A DNA stretch of 64,000 nucleotides. Source: an uncultured Chloroflexia bacterium. GTDB taxonomy: Bacteria > Chloroflexota > Limnocylindria > Limnocylindrales > CSP1-4. Numbering within the stretch: the first letter of the stretch is position 1; each line of letters opens with the position of its first letter. Position numbers and translations under genes: made by a program. Below, in pieces: positions 9,845-19,217 of this stretch. The stretch spans positions 1-64,000 of the forward strand of contig CAVVJT010000005.1 in assembly GCA_963748625.1 (NCBI GenBank), given 5' to 3'. The notes under the pieces were generated by a model. It was not told the origin of the DNA and searched no databases. It saw nothing but the letters and a program-made list of their open reading frames with translations.

Positions 9845-10312
9845 TCAGGCCTCCCTGGGCTCGAGCGCGATGACAGGAATGGTGCGGTCGGTCCAGCGGG
9901 CGTACATCTCGAACCCGGGGTAGGCGCGGGCGGCCAGGGCCCACAGGCGGGCGCGCTCGTCGCCGGTGGTGACGCGCGCACGGGCGGGCCGCTCCTCCTG
10001 GCCCACCAGCACGGCGACATCCGGCCGGGCGCGCAGGTTGCCCACCCATGCGGGCTCGCGGTCGGAGCCCGCGTTGGAGCCGATGACCACCAGGCGCGAC
10101 CCGTCCTCGATGGCATAGAGGGGGATCTCCCGCCGCTTGCCGGTCGATCGGCCGGTGGTGATGAGGATCACGTTGAGGACGCCCAGGTTGCGCCCGATGA
10201 ACCAGCGGCCGCCCGTCCACCGGTAGACGTGCGGGTGCAGGCGTGTGATGACACGGCTCGTGCCGATCCTGCCGATCAGCCGGTAGAAGCCCTCGGAGCG
10301 TTGCGTCACCAT
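9845..10312 (-). CDS. Deazaflavin (F420)-dependent nitroreductase, Ddn family
   Basis: LITTGRSTGKRR, GSNAG..PAWVGNLRARP and RTIPVI motifs. Confidence 0.9.
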   Translation of the reverse strand: MVTQRSEGFYRLIGRIGTSRVITRLHPHVYRWTGGRWFIGRNLGVLNVILITTGRSTGKRREIPLYAIEDGSRLVVIGSNAGSDREPAWVGNLRARPDVAVLVGQEERPARARVTTGDERARLWALAARAYPGFEMYARWTDRTIPVIALEPREA

Positions 10313-10366
10313 CGGAGCGCAGGGTAGCGCCCCGCCCCGTACCATGGGCGGCCAGGAGGTTCCCAC

Positions 10367-10639
10367 GTGAGTGTCTGGTTCACCGTCCAGCTCGATGATC
10401 GCCCCGGCGCGCTCGCCGAGGTCGCGCAGGCGCTGGCCGAGCGCGCCGTCAACATCACCGGCATCGTGGGGGTGGCCGAGGACACCGACGGCGCCCTGAT
10501 GCTGACCACCAGCGACGCGGCTGCCACGCGCGAGGCCTTCTCGGCGCTCGGCACGACGTTCGAGGAGCACGATCCGGCCAGCGGTGGCGAGCCGTCGGGC
10601 TTCACGATCAGCTCCATCGTCGCCGGCCGCGCCGGCTGA
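10367..10639 (+). CDS. Stand-alone ACT domain protein
   Basis: DDRPGALAEVAQALAERAVNI; SD AGGAGG upstream. Confidence 0.85.
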   Translation: MSVWFTVQLDDRPGALAEVAQALAERAVNITGIVGVAEDTDGALMLTTSDAAATREAFSALGTTFEEHDPASGGEPSGFTISSIVAGRAG

Positions 10640-10684
10640 GTCCACCACCAGCACCCGGCCCGAGTCAGCCCCGGAGCGCTGTCG

Positions 10685-11389
10685 ATGCCCCGCCGCCATC
10701 CGCAACCGCTGCCGCCCGCGGTCGCCGTCCGCCTGGAGCTCCTCGATGAGCCGGGCGCGATCGCGGCGCTTTCGCGCGCGCTCGGCGAGGCCGGGGGGCG
10801 CATGCGCGCGCTCTCGACCGTGCGACGTGGCGGACGTGCGGGCGTCGCGCCCGATGCCCCCACCAGCGTCACTGTTGAGGTGGAGGTGGAGGATGCGGAC
10901 GAGGCGACGGTGGTGGCCGCCCTCGAAGGGGTCCGCGAGGTCGAGACCATCCACATGACCCGTGCGATGGGCAAGGTCTTCGGCAAGCGGGTGATCGTGA
11001 TCGGCGGCGGAGCGCAGGTCGCCCAGGTCGCGCTGGGCGCTGTGACGGAGGCCGACCGCCACAACCTGCGCGGCGAGAAGATCTCCGTGGACACGATTCC
11101 CCTCGTGGGCGAGGACAACATCGCGTACGCCGTGCGCGCCGTGGCCGACCTCCCTCGCGCCCGGATGCTGGTCCTCGCGGGATCGATCATGGGCGGTGAC
11201 ATCAGCCGCGCCGCGGACGAGCTGCGCGCCGTCGGCATCCCGATCATCGCGCTCAACATGGTCGGCTCCATCACGGAGCACGTGGATCTCGTCATCAGCG
11301 ACCCGGTGCAGGCCGGCACGATGGCGGTCATGGCCGTGGCCGACACCGCAAGCTTCGAGCTGGCCAAGCAGAAGGGCCGCCGGTACTAG
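10685..11389 (+). CDS. ACT + DUF5612 (AF1403-like) protein
   Basis: N-terminal ACT (DEPGAIAALS) and FGKRVIVIGGGAQVAQVALGAVTEADRHNLRGEKISVDTIPLVGE, recognised from archaeal proteins. Confidence 0.8.
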   Translation: MPRRHPQPLPPAVAVRLELLDEPGAIAALSRALGEAGGRMRALSTVRRGGRAGVAPDAPTSVTVEVEVEDADEATVVAALEGVREVETIHMTRAMGKVFGKRVIVIGGGAQVAQVALGAVTEADRHNLRGEKISVDTIPLVGEDNIAYAVRAVADLPRARMLVLAGSIMGGDISRAADELRAVGIPIIALNMVGSITEHVDLVISDPVQAGTMAVMAVADTASFELAKQKGRRY

Positions 11390-11391
11390 CC

Positions 11392-12291
11392 ATGCGCATC
11401 GCGACCTGGAACGTCAACTCGCTCAAGGCCCGCCAGGAGGCCGTCGAGAAGTGGCTGGAGCGGGCCGCGCCCGACGTGCTGCTGATCCAGGAGACCAAGC
11501 TCTCGGACGCGGACGCGCCCGTCATGCCGATGCGCATGCTGGGCTACGAGATGGCCCACCACGGCGAGGGCCGCTGGAACGGGGTGGCGATCCTGTCCCG
11601 CGTGGGCATCGAGGACATCGTCACCAACTTCGGCGACGGGCCCGTGCGGGACTCCAGCGCCGGGTCGGCGCTCGCGGTGTCCGAGGACGACTTCGACCCG
11701 TTCGGCGAGGCGCGCATGGTGTCCGCCGTGTGCGGTGGCGTGCGCGTGGCCTCGCTCTACGCCCCCAACGGCCGAGAGGTCGGCTCGCCGTTCTTCGAGG
11801 GCAAGTTGCGCTGGTTCGACCGGCTCCTGCGCTGGCTGGAGGAGACGCAGACGCCCGACACGCCGCTCGTGCTGGGCGGTGACTACAACGTGACCCCGGC
11901 CGACATCGACGTCTGGAGCCCGGCCAGGGCGCACGGCGGCACCCACGTGTCCGCACCGGAGCGCGAGGCACTCGCCCGTCTCCGTGCCTGGGGCCTGACG
12001 GACACCTACCGCGAGCACAACCCCGAGAGCGGCCGGTTCTCGTGGTGGGACTACCGCGCCGGGATGTTCCACAAGAACGAGGGGATGCGGATCGACCTGC
12101 TCTACGCGACGGCGCCCGTGGCGTCGCGGGTCACCTGGGCGGAGATCGACCGCGAGGCCCGGAAGGGCCCGCCGACCCCGTCGGATCACACGCCTGTGGT
12201 GATCGACCTCGACGAGGCAGGCCGCCCGTTCGACGCCGGCTGGGAGGGTGCGCTGACGCGGATCGCCGCCCGGAGTCGGCCCAGGGGCTGA
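11392..12291 (+). CDS. xth: Exodeoxyribonuclease III
   Basis: RIATWNVNS, QETK, GDYN, WWDYR, RIDL and SDH motifs. Confidence 0.93.
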   Translation: MRIATWNVNSLKARQEAVEKWLERAAPDVLLIQETKLSDADAPVMPMRMLGYEMAHHGEGRWNGVAILSRVGIEDIVTNFGDGPVRDSSAGSALAVSEDDFDPFGEARMVSAVCGGVRVASLYAPNGREVGSPFFEGKLRWFDRLLRWLEETQTPDTPLVLGGDYNVTPADIDVWSPARAHGGTHVSAPEREALARLRAWGLTDTYREHNPESGRFSWWDYRAGMFHKNEGMRIDLLYATAPVASRVTWAEIDREARKGPPTPSDHTPVVIDLDEAGRPFDAGWEGALTRIAARSRPRG

Positions 12292-12668
12292 CACCGTGCC
12301 TAGTGTCTCGTGCCGCCAATGCCCGGCGGATACCCCTGCGTGCCCGTGCCGCTGATCGGAAGGGGCATCACCGGGCGTCGCCCACGACGGCTGCTGCCGT
12401 GCGCACCCGGCACGCACACGGAGCGGTGACGTCGCGGGATGTGCGCCCCGGGCTCCGCCCGTGCGCTCCGCCAGGGTCCCGAGGGCACGACCTGCGCACC
12501 AGCCGCGCATCGAGCGCTCCGGCCGCACCGTGTGGCCGTCCGGCGCGCAGCCGGACGGCGACAGGACCCGGACGGCGCCAGGACCCGGAGCGGCGGTCCG
12601 CACGCCGCGAGCGACCAGCGAATCGGGACACTAGCCCTGCGCCACCAGCAGCCCGGGCGCCCGGAGGC

Positions 12669-12695
12669 GTAACGCGCCGGGGCGACATCGCGTCA
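12669..12695 (+). promoter_or_regulatory. Putative ECF-sigma promoter of Kelch lipoprotein gene
   Basis: GTAACG-N16-CGTCA. Confidence 0.45.
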
Positions 12696-12721
12696 CACCA
12701 CAGCGTCCGCGAGGTGGTGAG

Positions 12722-14065
12722 ATGCTCCGTGCCGCACTCCTGTGCATTCCATTCCTTGTCCTGGCCTGCGCCGGACCCTCGGTGCCAACACCGAGCACAA
12801 CGGCGACATCGAACCCTTCCACTCCCGGTGCCACCGGCGGTGTCGCCTCACCGGCACCACCGACGCCCGCGCCCGCAGCCCCATCCCCGGCGGCCACGCG
12901 CACGCCCCGACCAGCGTCGGAGGCCCCGACGTTTGCGCCATCGGCCACGCCTGCCACAACCCCGGCTACCCCTGCGCCGACCGTCACCCCGTCTCCGGCG
13001 GCGAGTGCACGCCCCGCACGCTGGGTGAAGGCGGGCAGGTTCAGCTCGCCGCGGCAGGACACGCAGCTCGCGCTGCTGGGCAACGGCCAGGTCCTCGCCG
13101 CGGGCGATGAGCCCACGTGCGGAATCGAGGCCGGCCCCAGCGACACCGCGGAGCTCTGGCGGCCACGCACCGGCAGCTGGCGCCGGACGGACAGCATGCC
13201 CAGCACCCGGACCCTGACGCAGCTCATCGCCTTGACCGACGGCAGGGCGATGGTCACCGGTGGCGCGAACCGGGACTACGTCGCCAAGTCCAGTACGGCC
13301 GTCTACGACCCGGCGACCCACCGGTGGTCTGCCTCCGGCCTGCTCAGCACCGCCCGGATGAACTTCGCGGCCGCGGCACTCCCCGGTGGCGGGGCGCTGG
13401 TCGCAGGGGGCCTGCTCATCGACAAGGGGCAGGACGGTCGTGCCCTCCGCACCGTGGAGCAGTGGGACCCGGGAACCGGCCGGTGGTCGCAGATCGAGCC
13501 GATGGCGAACGTCAGGATGGATGCGGCCGCCGTGACCCTCGCGGACGGCCGCGTGCTGGTCGTGGGCGGGTACCCGTCCTGGGGCGCGGATCGGCCACTC
13601 GCGACCGCCGAGATCCACAACCCCGGTACCGGGCGCTGGCGGTCCGCCGGCTCCCTGTCTCAGGCGCGCGAGGGCTTCTCGCTCGTGGCCCTGCCGGGTG
13701 GCGGGGCGCTGGTTGCGGGAGGCAGGGCGAACGAGGACTGGGCCGAGCTCTTCGACCCCGCGACCCGCACCTGGTCACGGGTGAAGGGCACCGCCCCGTC
13801 CGGTGCGTTGCCCGGGATGGCGGTGCTGCAGGACGGACGCGTGCTCGTCGTGTCGGGCGACACCGCCAAGCTGTGGGACCCGGCCACCGGTCGCTGGAGC
13901 CGGACGGCGCCCCTCCCGGGCGGCATGTGGGAAGCGTCGGCGGTGCTCCTCGACGACGGGTCAGTCCTGGTCGGCGGGGGCTGGACCGAGCCCACCCCAC
14001 AGGGTGAGACCGGGGGCTGCGAGTCGTACAGCAGCCGGACCTGGCGGTACGTGCCCGGCCCGTGA
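12722..14065 (+). CDS. Kelch-repeat beta-propeller lipoprotein
   Basis: VLAC lipobox, Pro/Thr linker, about 6 LxDGRVLVxGG...yDPxTGxW repeats. Confidence 0.88.
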   Translation: MLRAALLCIPFLVLACAGPSVPTPSTTATSNPSTPGATGGVASPAPPTPAPAAPSPAATRTPRPASEAPTFAPSATPATTPATPAPTVTPSPAASARPARWVKAGRFSSPRQDTQLALLGNGQVLAAGDEPTCGIEAGPSDTAELWRPRTGSWRRTDSMPSTRTLTQLIALTDGRAMVTGGANRDYVAKSSTAVYDPATHRWSASGLLSTARMNFAAAALPGGGALVAGGLLIDKGQDGRALRTVEQWDPGTGRWSQIEPMANVRMDAAAVTLADGRVLVVGGYPSWGADRPLATAEIHNPGTGRWRSAGSLSQAREGFSLVALPGGGALVAGGRANEDWAELFDPATRTWSRVKGTAPSGALPGMAVLQDGRVLVVSGDTAKLWDPATGRWSRTAPLPGGMWEASAVLLDDGSVLVGGGWTEPTPQGETGGCESYSSRTWRYVPGP

Positions 14066-14312
14066 GGCGGACGACGGCCGTGCAGGCACGACCGTCTGAC
14101 CCGCGACCGCCTGGACTGGGCATCCTCGGCAACGGTGTCCGATGCGGGATTCGCACGGTGCCACCAGCCTGTGTCGCATGTCCGAATCCGCTCTCAGTAC
14201 CCGGCGCGCCCTGCTCACGGGCGAGGTGTCCGGGCAGCCGGCTCCCCGCACCTACACCAACCGCCGCGGGCGTCAGCCCGCGGCGCATCCGTGCTGCCTT
14301 GCCCGCCCGGCG

Positions 14313-15275
14313 TCAGCCCGCCGTCCCCATGGGCAGGAGCGGCGCGGTCCCCCATTCGATCTCGGCGGCCGCCTTGGTGACCGTTGTGCCCGCCTCGCCG
14401 CGGAGCATCGCGCCCGCATCGGCGAGCGACCCGATCGCCGCGAAACCGCCCGTCTCCCCCGCGAACCGGCAGGCCGCCTGCACCTTGGGCCCCATCGACC
14501 CCGCCGCGAACCAGTGCCCGGTGAGGTCCACGGGCGACGCGCGGCGGATCGGCCAGGCGTTGGGCGTGGCCCAGTCGGCGTAGACCGCGTCCACGTCGGT
14601 GAGCATCAAGTACGCATCGGCATGGAGGGACTGGGCCAGGAGCGCGCCCGCGAAGTCCTTGTCGATGACTGCCTCGACCCCCTCGTACGTCCCGCCCTCG
14701 TTCGCAACCACCGGGATCCCGCCGCCGCCCGCGCACACCACGAGGACGCCCTCGCGGACCAGCAGCTCGATCACCCCCAGCTCCAGGATCTTGCGCGGCT
14801 GGGGCGACGGGACCACCCGCCGCCACTTGAGGCCGTCGGGCGCGATGGACCAGCCCTTGTCGGCCGCGAGGCGGTCGGCCTCCGGCTTGTCGTACACCGG
14901 GCCGATCGGCTTGGTGGGCTTCGCGAACGCGGGGTCATCCCGGCCCACCTCGATCCGGGTGAGCAGCGTTGCCAGCGCCCGGCTGGGCCCCAGGAGGTTG
15001 CCCAGCTCCTGCTCGAGCAGGTAGCCGATCATCCCCTCCGACTCGGCATCGAGGATGTCGAGCGGGTAGGTCTCCTCGGGGTGGTAGGCGGCGTTCTGGA
15101 GGGCCAGGAGGCCCACCTGCGGACCGTTGCCGTGGGTCAGGATCAGGTCGTGGTCCTGGGCGATGGGCAGGAGCGCCCGAGCGGCGATCGCCACGTTCGC
15201 GCGCTGGTTCTCGGCGGTGAGCGGCTGGCCCCGGCGCAGGAGCGCATTGCCCCCGAGCGCAGCGACGACGCGCAT
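14313..15275 (-). CDS. arcC: Carbamate kinase
   Basis: ALGGNAL, THGNGPQVG, RRVVPSP, AVIDKD and GSMGPK motifs. Confidence 0.95.
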   Translation of the reverse strand: MRVVAALGGNALLRRGQPLTAENQRANVAIAARALLPIAQDHDLILTHGNGPQVGLLALQNAAYHPEETYPLDILDAESEGMIGYLLEQELGNLLGPSRALATLLTRIEVGRDDPAFAKPTKPIGPVYDKPEADRLAADKGWSIAPDGLKWRRVVPSPQPRKILELGVIELLVREGVLVVCAGGGGIPVVANEGGTYEGVEAVIDKDFAGALLAQSLHADAYLMLTDVDAVYADWATPNAWPIRRASPVDLTGHWFAAGSMGPKVQAACRFAGETGGFAAIGSLADAGAMLRGEAGTTVTKAAAEIEWGTAPLLPMGTAG

Positions 15276-16300
15276 CAGCGCTCGCCGTCGCGGTGCAGGG
15301 TGGCCACCAGGACGGCCTTGATGGTGTGCATCCGGTTCTCGGCCTGGTCGAACACGATCGATCCCGGCGCCTCGAAGACCTCGTCGGTCACCTCCATGGC
15401 CGTGAGGCCGTGGCGCTCGAACATCTTCCGGCCGACATCGGTCTCGAGGTCGTGGAAGGCCGGCAGGCAGTGCATGAACTTGACGTCCGGGTTGCCCGTG
15501 GCAGCCACCATCGCGCCGTTCACCTGGTAGGGCCGCAGGAGTGCGACCCGCTCGTCCCAGACGGCCTCGGGCTCGCCCATGGACACCCAGACATCGGTGT
15601 AGAGCACGTCCGCGCCGTGGACACCCTGCTCGACGTCCTCCGTCACCGTGATCCGGGCGCCACTCGCCTGCGCATGCTCCTGGGCCCAGGCGAGGAAGTC
15701 CTCCCGCGGCCAGACGGCCCGCGGCGCCACGATGCGCAGGTCCAGCCCCATGGTGGCGCAGCCGATGAGGATCTCGTCACCCATGTTGCTCCGGGCATCC
15801 CCGACGTAGGCCAGGGTGACGTCCTTGAACGGCTTGGCGATGTGCTCGCGGATGGTGAGCAGGTCTGCGAGGACCTGGGTGGGGTGGTCCTCGTCGGTGA
15901 GGCCGTTGTAGACCGGCACGCCGGAGTACAGGGCCAGCGCCTCGACATCGGCCTGGCGGAAGCCCCGGAACTCGATCGCGTCGTACACGCGGCCGAGCAC
16001 CCGGGCGGTGTCCTTGACGGACTCCTTCTTGCCGACGTGGCTGCCCGTGGGCCCCAGGTACGTGACGTGGGCGCCCTGGTCGTACGCGGCCACCTCGAAG
16101 CCGATACGGGTGCGCGTGCTGTCCTTCTCGAAGATCAGCGCGATGTTGCGGCCATGCAGGCGCTGGTACTCGCGGCGCTCGCGCTTCTCCACCTTGAGGG
16201 CGGCCGAGAGCTGGAGCAGGTACTCGATCTCCGCTGCCGAGTAGTCACGGAGCGTGAGGAACGAGCGGCCGAACACGTCCACGTGCGGGTCGAGAGCCAT
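15275..16300 (-). CDS. argF: Ornithine carbamoyltransferase, probably catabolic (arcB)
   Basis: [20 protein letters not shown] and FMHCLP motifs; stop overlaps arcC start. Confidence 0.93.
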   Translation of the reverse strand: MALDPHVDVFGRSFLTLRDYSAAEIEYLLQLSAALKVEKRERREYQRLHGRNIALIFEKDSTRTRIGFEVAAYDQGAHVTYLGPTGSHVGKKESVKDTARVLGRVYDAIEFRGFRQADVEALALYSGVPVYNGLTDEDHPTQVLADLLTIREHIAKPFKDVTLAYVGDARSNMGDEILIGCATMGLDLRIVAPRAVWPREDFLAWAQEHAQASGARITVTEDVEQGVHGADVLYTDVWVSMGEPEAVWDERVALLRPYQVNGAMVAATGNPDVKFMHCLPAFHDLETDVGRKMFERHGLTAMEVTDEVFEAPGSIVFDQAENRMHTIKAVLVATLHRDGER

Positions 16301-16501
16301 TGCCGAACTCCGGGTCCAGGTGGCGCAGCAACGGTCAAGGCCCGGACGCGCCGTGCCGGCGTCCGGGTCGATCTGTGGCGAGCGTGCACTGCGCCCGGGG
16401 TGGCTGTCATGGTCCCTCCGGCCCATAGGCGACGGTCAGGACGGCCGGGGTGCCGATCGCGCGCGTGCGCCGGAGGCCGCCGGGGCGCGGGGTGGTCCGT
16501 G

Positions 16502-16663
16502 GACGCGGCGTCCATGAAACGTCGGTCTCGGGGCCGGCAACCACCTGCTACCCGTCGCAGGGACGCCGAACCCCCGAGACTCCAGACCCGGCGTCCACGA
16601 AACAGCACCCGAATTGCCCAGACGCCATCGCCGGCGAGGATTCACAGACGCGGCGTCCATGAC
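16502..16663. repeat. Three copies of palindromic GACGCGGCGTCCAYGA
   Basis: Copies start at 16502, 16585 (one core mismatch) and 16647. Confidence 0.7.
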
Positions 16664-16692
16664 GAGGACCTGCGGCGGACGCCCTGCGGTCC

Positions 16693-17484
16693 TCAGACCG
16701 TCTCGGGCTCCAGGTCGGGGACGGTCATCGTCGCCCGCAGCACGCGCAGCGCGATGCCCCCGATCAGCAGGGCCACCACGATCGCCACGGCGAACGCGAT
16801 CGCCACACCGGCCGGCACCAGCAGGTAGTGCACCGCCACGTAGAAGCTCACCGTCCCGTACAGCCCGGTCATCAGGCCGCGGAGCGTGGTCAGGGCGGCG
16901 TCACGTCCCGTCCGCAGGTGCTCGAACACGGCCAGGATCGACACGTACACCGGGAAGGTGGCCACAAGCCCGCTCGTGACCGGACCCAGCAGCGGGGCGA
17001 TGGTCGTCAGCACCACGACCAGCGCCGTCCCGATGATGATCCTCGCGGGGAGATCCCAGCGAGGATGCGCCGCCGGACCGCTGCCAACCGCCGCCGGGAG
17101 AATCCGCAGCGTGCCGGTGATCGCCAGGAGCACCAGCACCACCAGCGCAGCGAACGGCCAGGCGAGGACAGGCTGGACCGCGATCGCCACCCCCGCGTAG
17201 CAGGCGGAGGCCAGCGCGAACGCAGCCATGGGCCCCCGGCGGCTGAGCGCGAGGTAGCCGAGACTGAAGCCGCAGATCCCGGCCATCCCCAGCAGCGTGC
17301 CCGTCGCCGCATCCGCTGCGAACGCCGGGCCGCTGCCCAGGGCGAGGAAGAAGAGGATCGGCCCGGACGTCAAGGGCAGCGAGACGATCCAGCCACCCAC
17401 TGCCGGCCCCCACCGGCGTGAGGCGATGCTCGCGCCGCCAACGATCAGCGGCGTCAGGACCAGCTTGAGCAGGAGCAGCGGCAC
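16693..17484 (-). CDS. Conserved membrane protein, about 8 TM with internal two-fold repeat
   Basis: Hydrophobic halves each with GG/SG..sLP/tFP motif; TAGCAT 6 nt before GTG. Confidence 0.75.
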   Translation of the reverse strand: MPLLLLKLVLTPLIVGGASIASRRWGPAVGGWIVSLPLTSGPILFFLALGSGPAFAADAATGTLLGMAGICGFSLGYLALSRRGPMAAFALASACYAGVAIAVQPVLAWPFAALVVLVLLAITGTLRILPAAVGSGPAAHPRWDLPARIIIGTALVVVLTTIAPLLGPVTSGLVATFPVYVSILAVFEHLRTGRDAALTTLRGLMTGLYGTVSFYVAVHYLLVPAGVAIAFAVAIVVALLIGGIALRVLRATMTVPDLEPETV

Positions 17485-17601
17485 CTGTCCATGCTACCCG
17501 CGCCCAGCGGCCCCGACGCCTTGCGCACTGGCAACGCCCAGACGCCGCGACCGGCGCACCTGCCCCAAGCGCGCCGCTCCCGGCGACGCAGCCCGGACCC
17601 G

Positions 17602-19158
17602 TCAGTCCAGCGACACCGTCTGGTGCCAGGCCGGCACCTCCACGGTCAGCCCGAGCTCCTCCACCTTCGGCGCGAGCGCCTGCTGCGCCGGCGGGTCGCC
17701 GTGGACCAGGTAGACCCGTGACGGCACGCCCGGATCGCCGGCCTTGCGGCCGCGGATGAAGCCGCCCAGCCAGGCGAGCAGCTCCGGCTCATCGGCGTGC
17801 GCAGAGAACCCGTCGAGTGACTCGATCGTCGCGCGCACCTTGAGCTCGCGACCGTTGATCCGCGCTGACTCAGCGCCCCGCATGAGGTGCCCACCGAGGG
17901 TGCCCTCGCCCTGGTAGCCCACGAAGAGCACGGTCGCGGACGGGTCGTCGAGGAGCCGGGCGGCATGCCCCACGGACCGCCCGCCGGTGAGCATCCCGTT
18001 CGAGGCCACGATCACGTACGGCGGATGCGACCGCTCGATCCGCTCGGACTCCTGCACGTTCTGCACGACCCGCTGGCCAGGATAGTCGAGCGGCGCATGG
18101 TGGGCGTCGAGCAGGGCGCGCGTCTGCTCGTCATAGGCCTCTGGATGCGACCGGTAGATGTCCGACGCGGACTTCGCCATCGGTGAGTCCAGGTACAGCG
18201 GGATCTGCGGGATGCGCCCCGCCTCCACGAGTCGGCCAAGCTCCCAGACGATCTCCTGCGTGCGCCCGATCGCGAACGACGGGATGAGCAGCACGCCCTG
18301 TTTGCGGACAACGTCGTTGACGACGGCGGCCAGCTTGTCGACGGCGACATCGGCTGCCTCGTGCTCCCGGCCACCGTAGGTCGATTCACACAGGACGATG
18401 TCCGCCGCCTCGATCGAGGTGGGATCGCGCAGGATCGGCGTCCCGGGCCGGCCGAGGTCGCCCGAGAACAGGACCACCGTGTCCCGGCCGCCGCCGGGCC
18501 GCGTGAGGCGCATCCGGACGATCGAGGATCCCAGGATGTGGCCCGCATCGAGCAGGGTCACGTGGACGCCCTGGGCCACCTCGTGCTCCGCGCCGTAGGG
18601 AATGTGGCGCAGCAGCGGTAGCGTCGCGCCCGCGTCGTCCTCCGTGTAGAGGGGACTGCTCAGGTCCAGGTCCACCACTGGACCCGCGGCCCGCAGCAGG
18701 TCCTCGGGATCGGGTCCACCCGGACTCTCCGCTCCTTCGACCGCGAGCTCGAGCACGTCCTCGAACCGCTCCTCGTCGCGCTCCTCGCGCTCCGCCGCAC
18801 GCTCGGGATCCCGCCGGTCCCGGCGGGCCTTTCGCTTGGCGAACTCCTCCTGGAGCCGCGCCGAATCAAGCAGCACGAGGCGGGCGAGCTCCGCGGTGGC
18901 GGCGGTGCACCACACGCGCCCGCGAAAACCCTCGTGCACCAGCAGGGGCAGCAGCCCGCAATGGTCGAGGTGGGCATGGGTGAGGACGACGGCATCGAGG
19001 GAGGCCGGATCAAACCCGAGGGGCACGCGGTTGCGCAGGGTCTCATCGGGACCACCCTGGAACATGCCGCAGTCCACGAGAACCCGGGCGCGGCCGGTGT
19101 CCACCAGGTGCCGCGAACCGGTGACGGTTCGGGCGCCGCCGAGGAAGGTCAGCTCCAT
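17602..19158 (-). CDS. MBL-fold beta-CASP ribonuclease
   Basis: LTFLGGARTVTGS, THAHLDH, AGHILGS, ESTYG and FSAHAD motifs. Confidence 0.92.
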   Translation of the reverse strand: MELTFLGGARTVTGSRHLVDTGRARVLVDCGMFQGGPDETLRNRVPLGFDPASLDAVVLTHAHLDHCGLLPLLVHEGFRGRVWCTAATAELARLVLLDSARLQEEFAKRKARRDRRDPERAAEREERDEERFEDVLELAVEGAESPGGPDPEDLLRAAGPVVDLDLSSPLYTEDDAGATLPLLRHIPYGAEHEVAQGVHVTLLDAGHILGSSIVRMRLTRPGGGRDTVVLFSGDLGRPGTPILRDPTSIEAADIVLCESTYGGREHEAADVAVDKLAAVVNDVVRKQGVLLIPSFAIGRTQEIVWELGRLVEAGRIPQIPLYLDSPMAKSASDIYRSHPEAYDEQTRALLDAHHAPLDYPGQRVVQNVQESERIERSHPPYVIVASNGMLTGGRSVGHAARLLDDPSATVLFVGYQGEGTLGGHLMRGAESARINGRELKVRATIESLDGFSAHADEPELLAWLGGFIRGRKAGDPGVPSRVYLVHGDPPAQQALAPKVEELGLTVEVPAWHQTVSLD

Positions 19159-19217
19159 GCCCGGATCGTGCCACACAGGGTGTACCCGGCGCTCCGCGCT
19201 TGTGCGACGATCATGCG

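Noticed and set aside
14066-14312. Possible repeat or sRNA between the Kelch gene and arcC
   Set aside because: Only short TGTCCG matches; too weak to support.
17602-19158. beta-CASP nuclease as an anti-phage system
   Set aside because: Ordinary RNA-processing motifs and no defence partners nearby.
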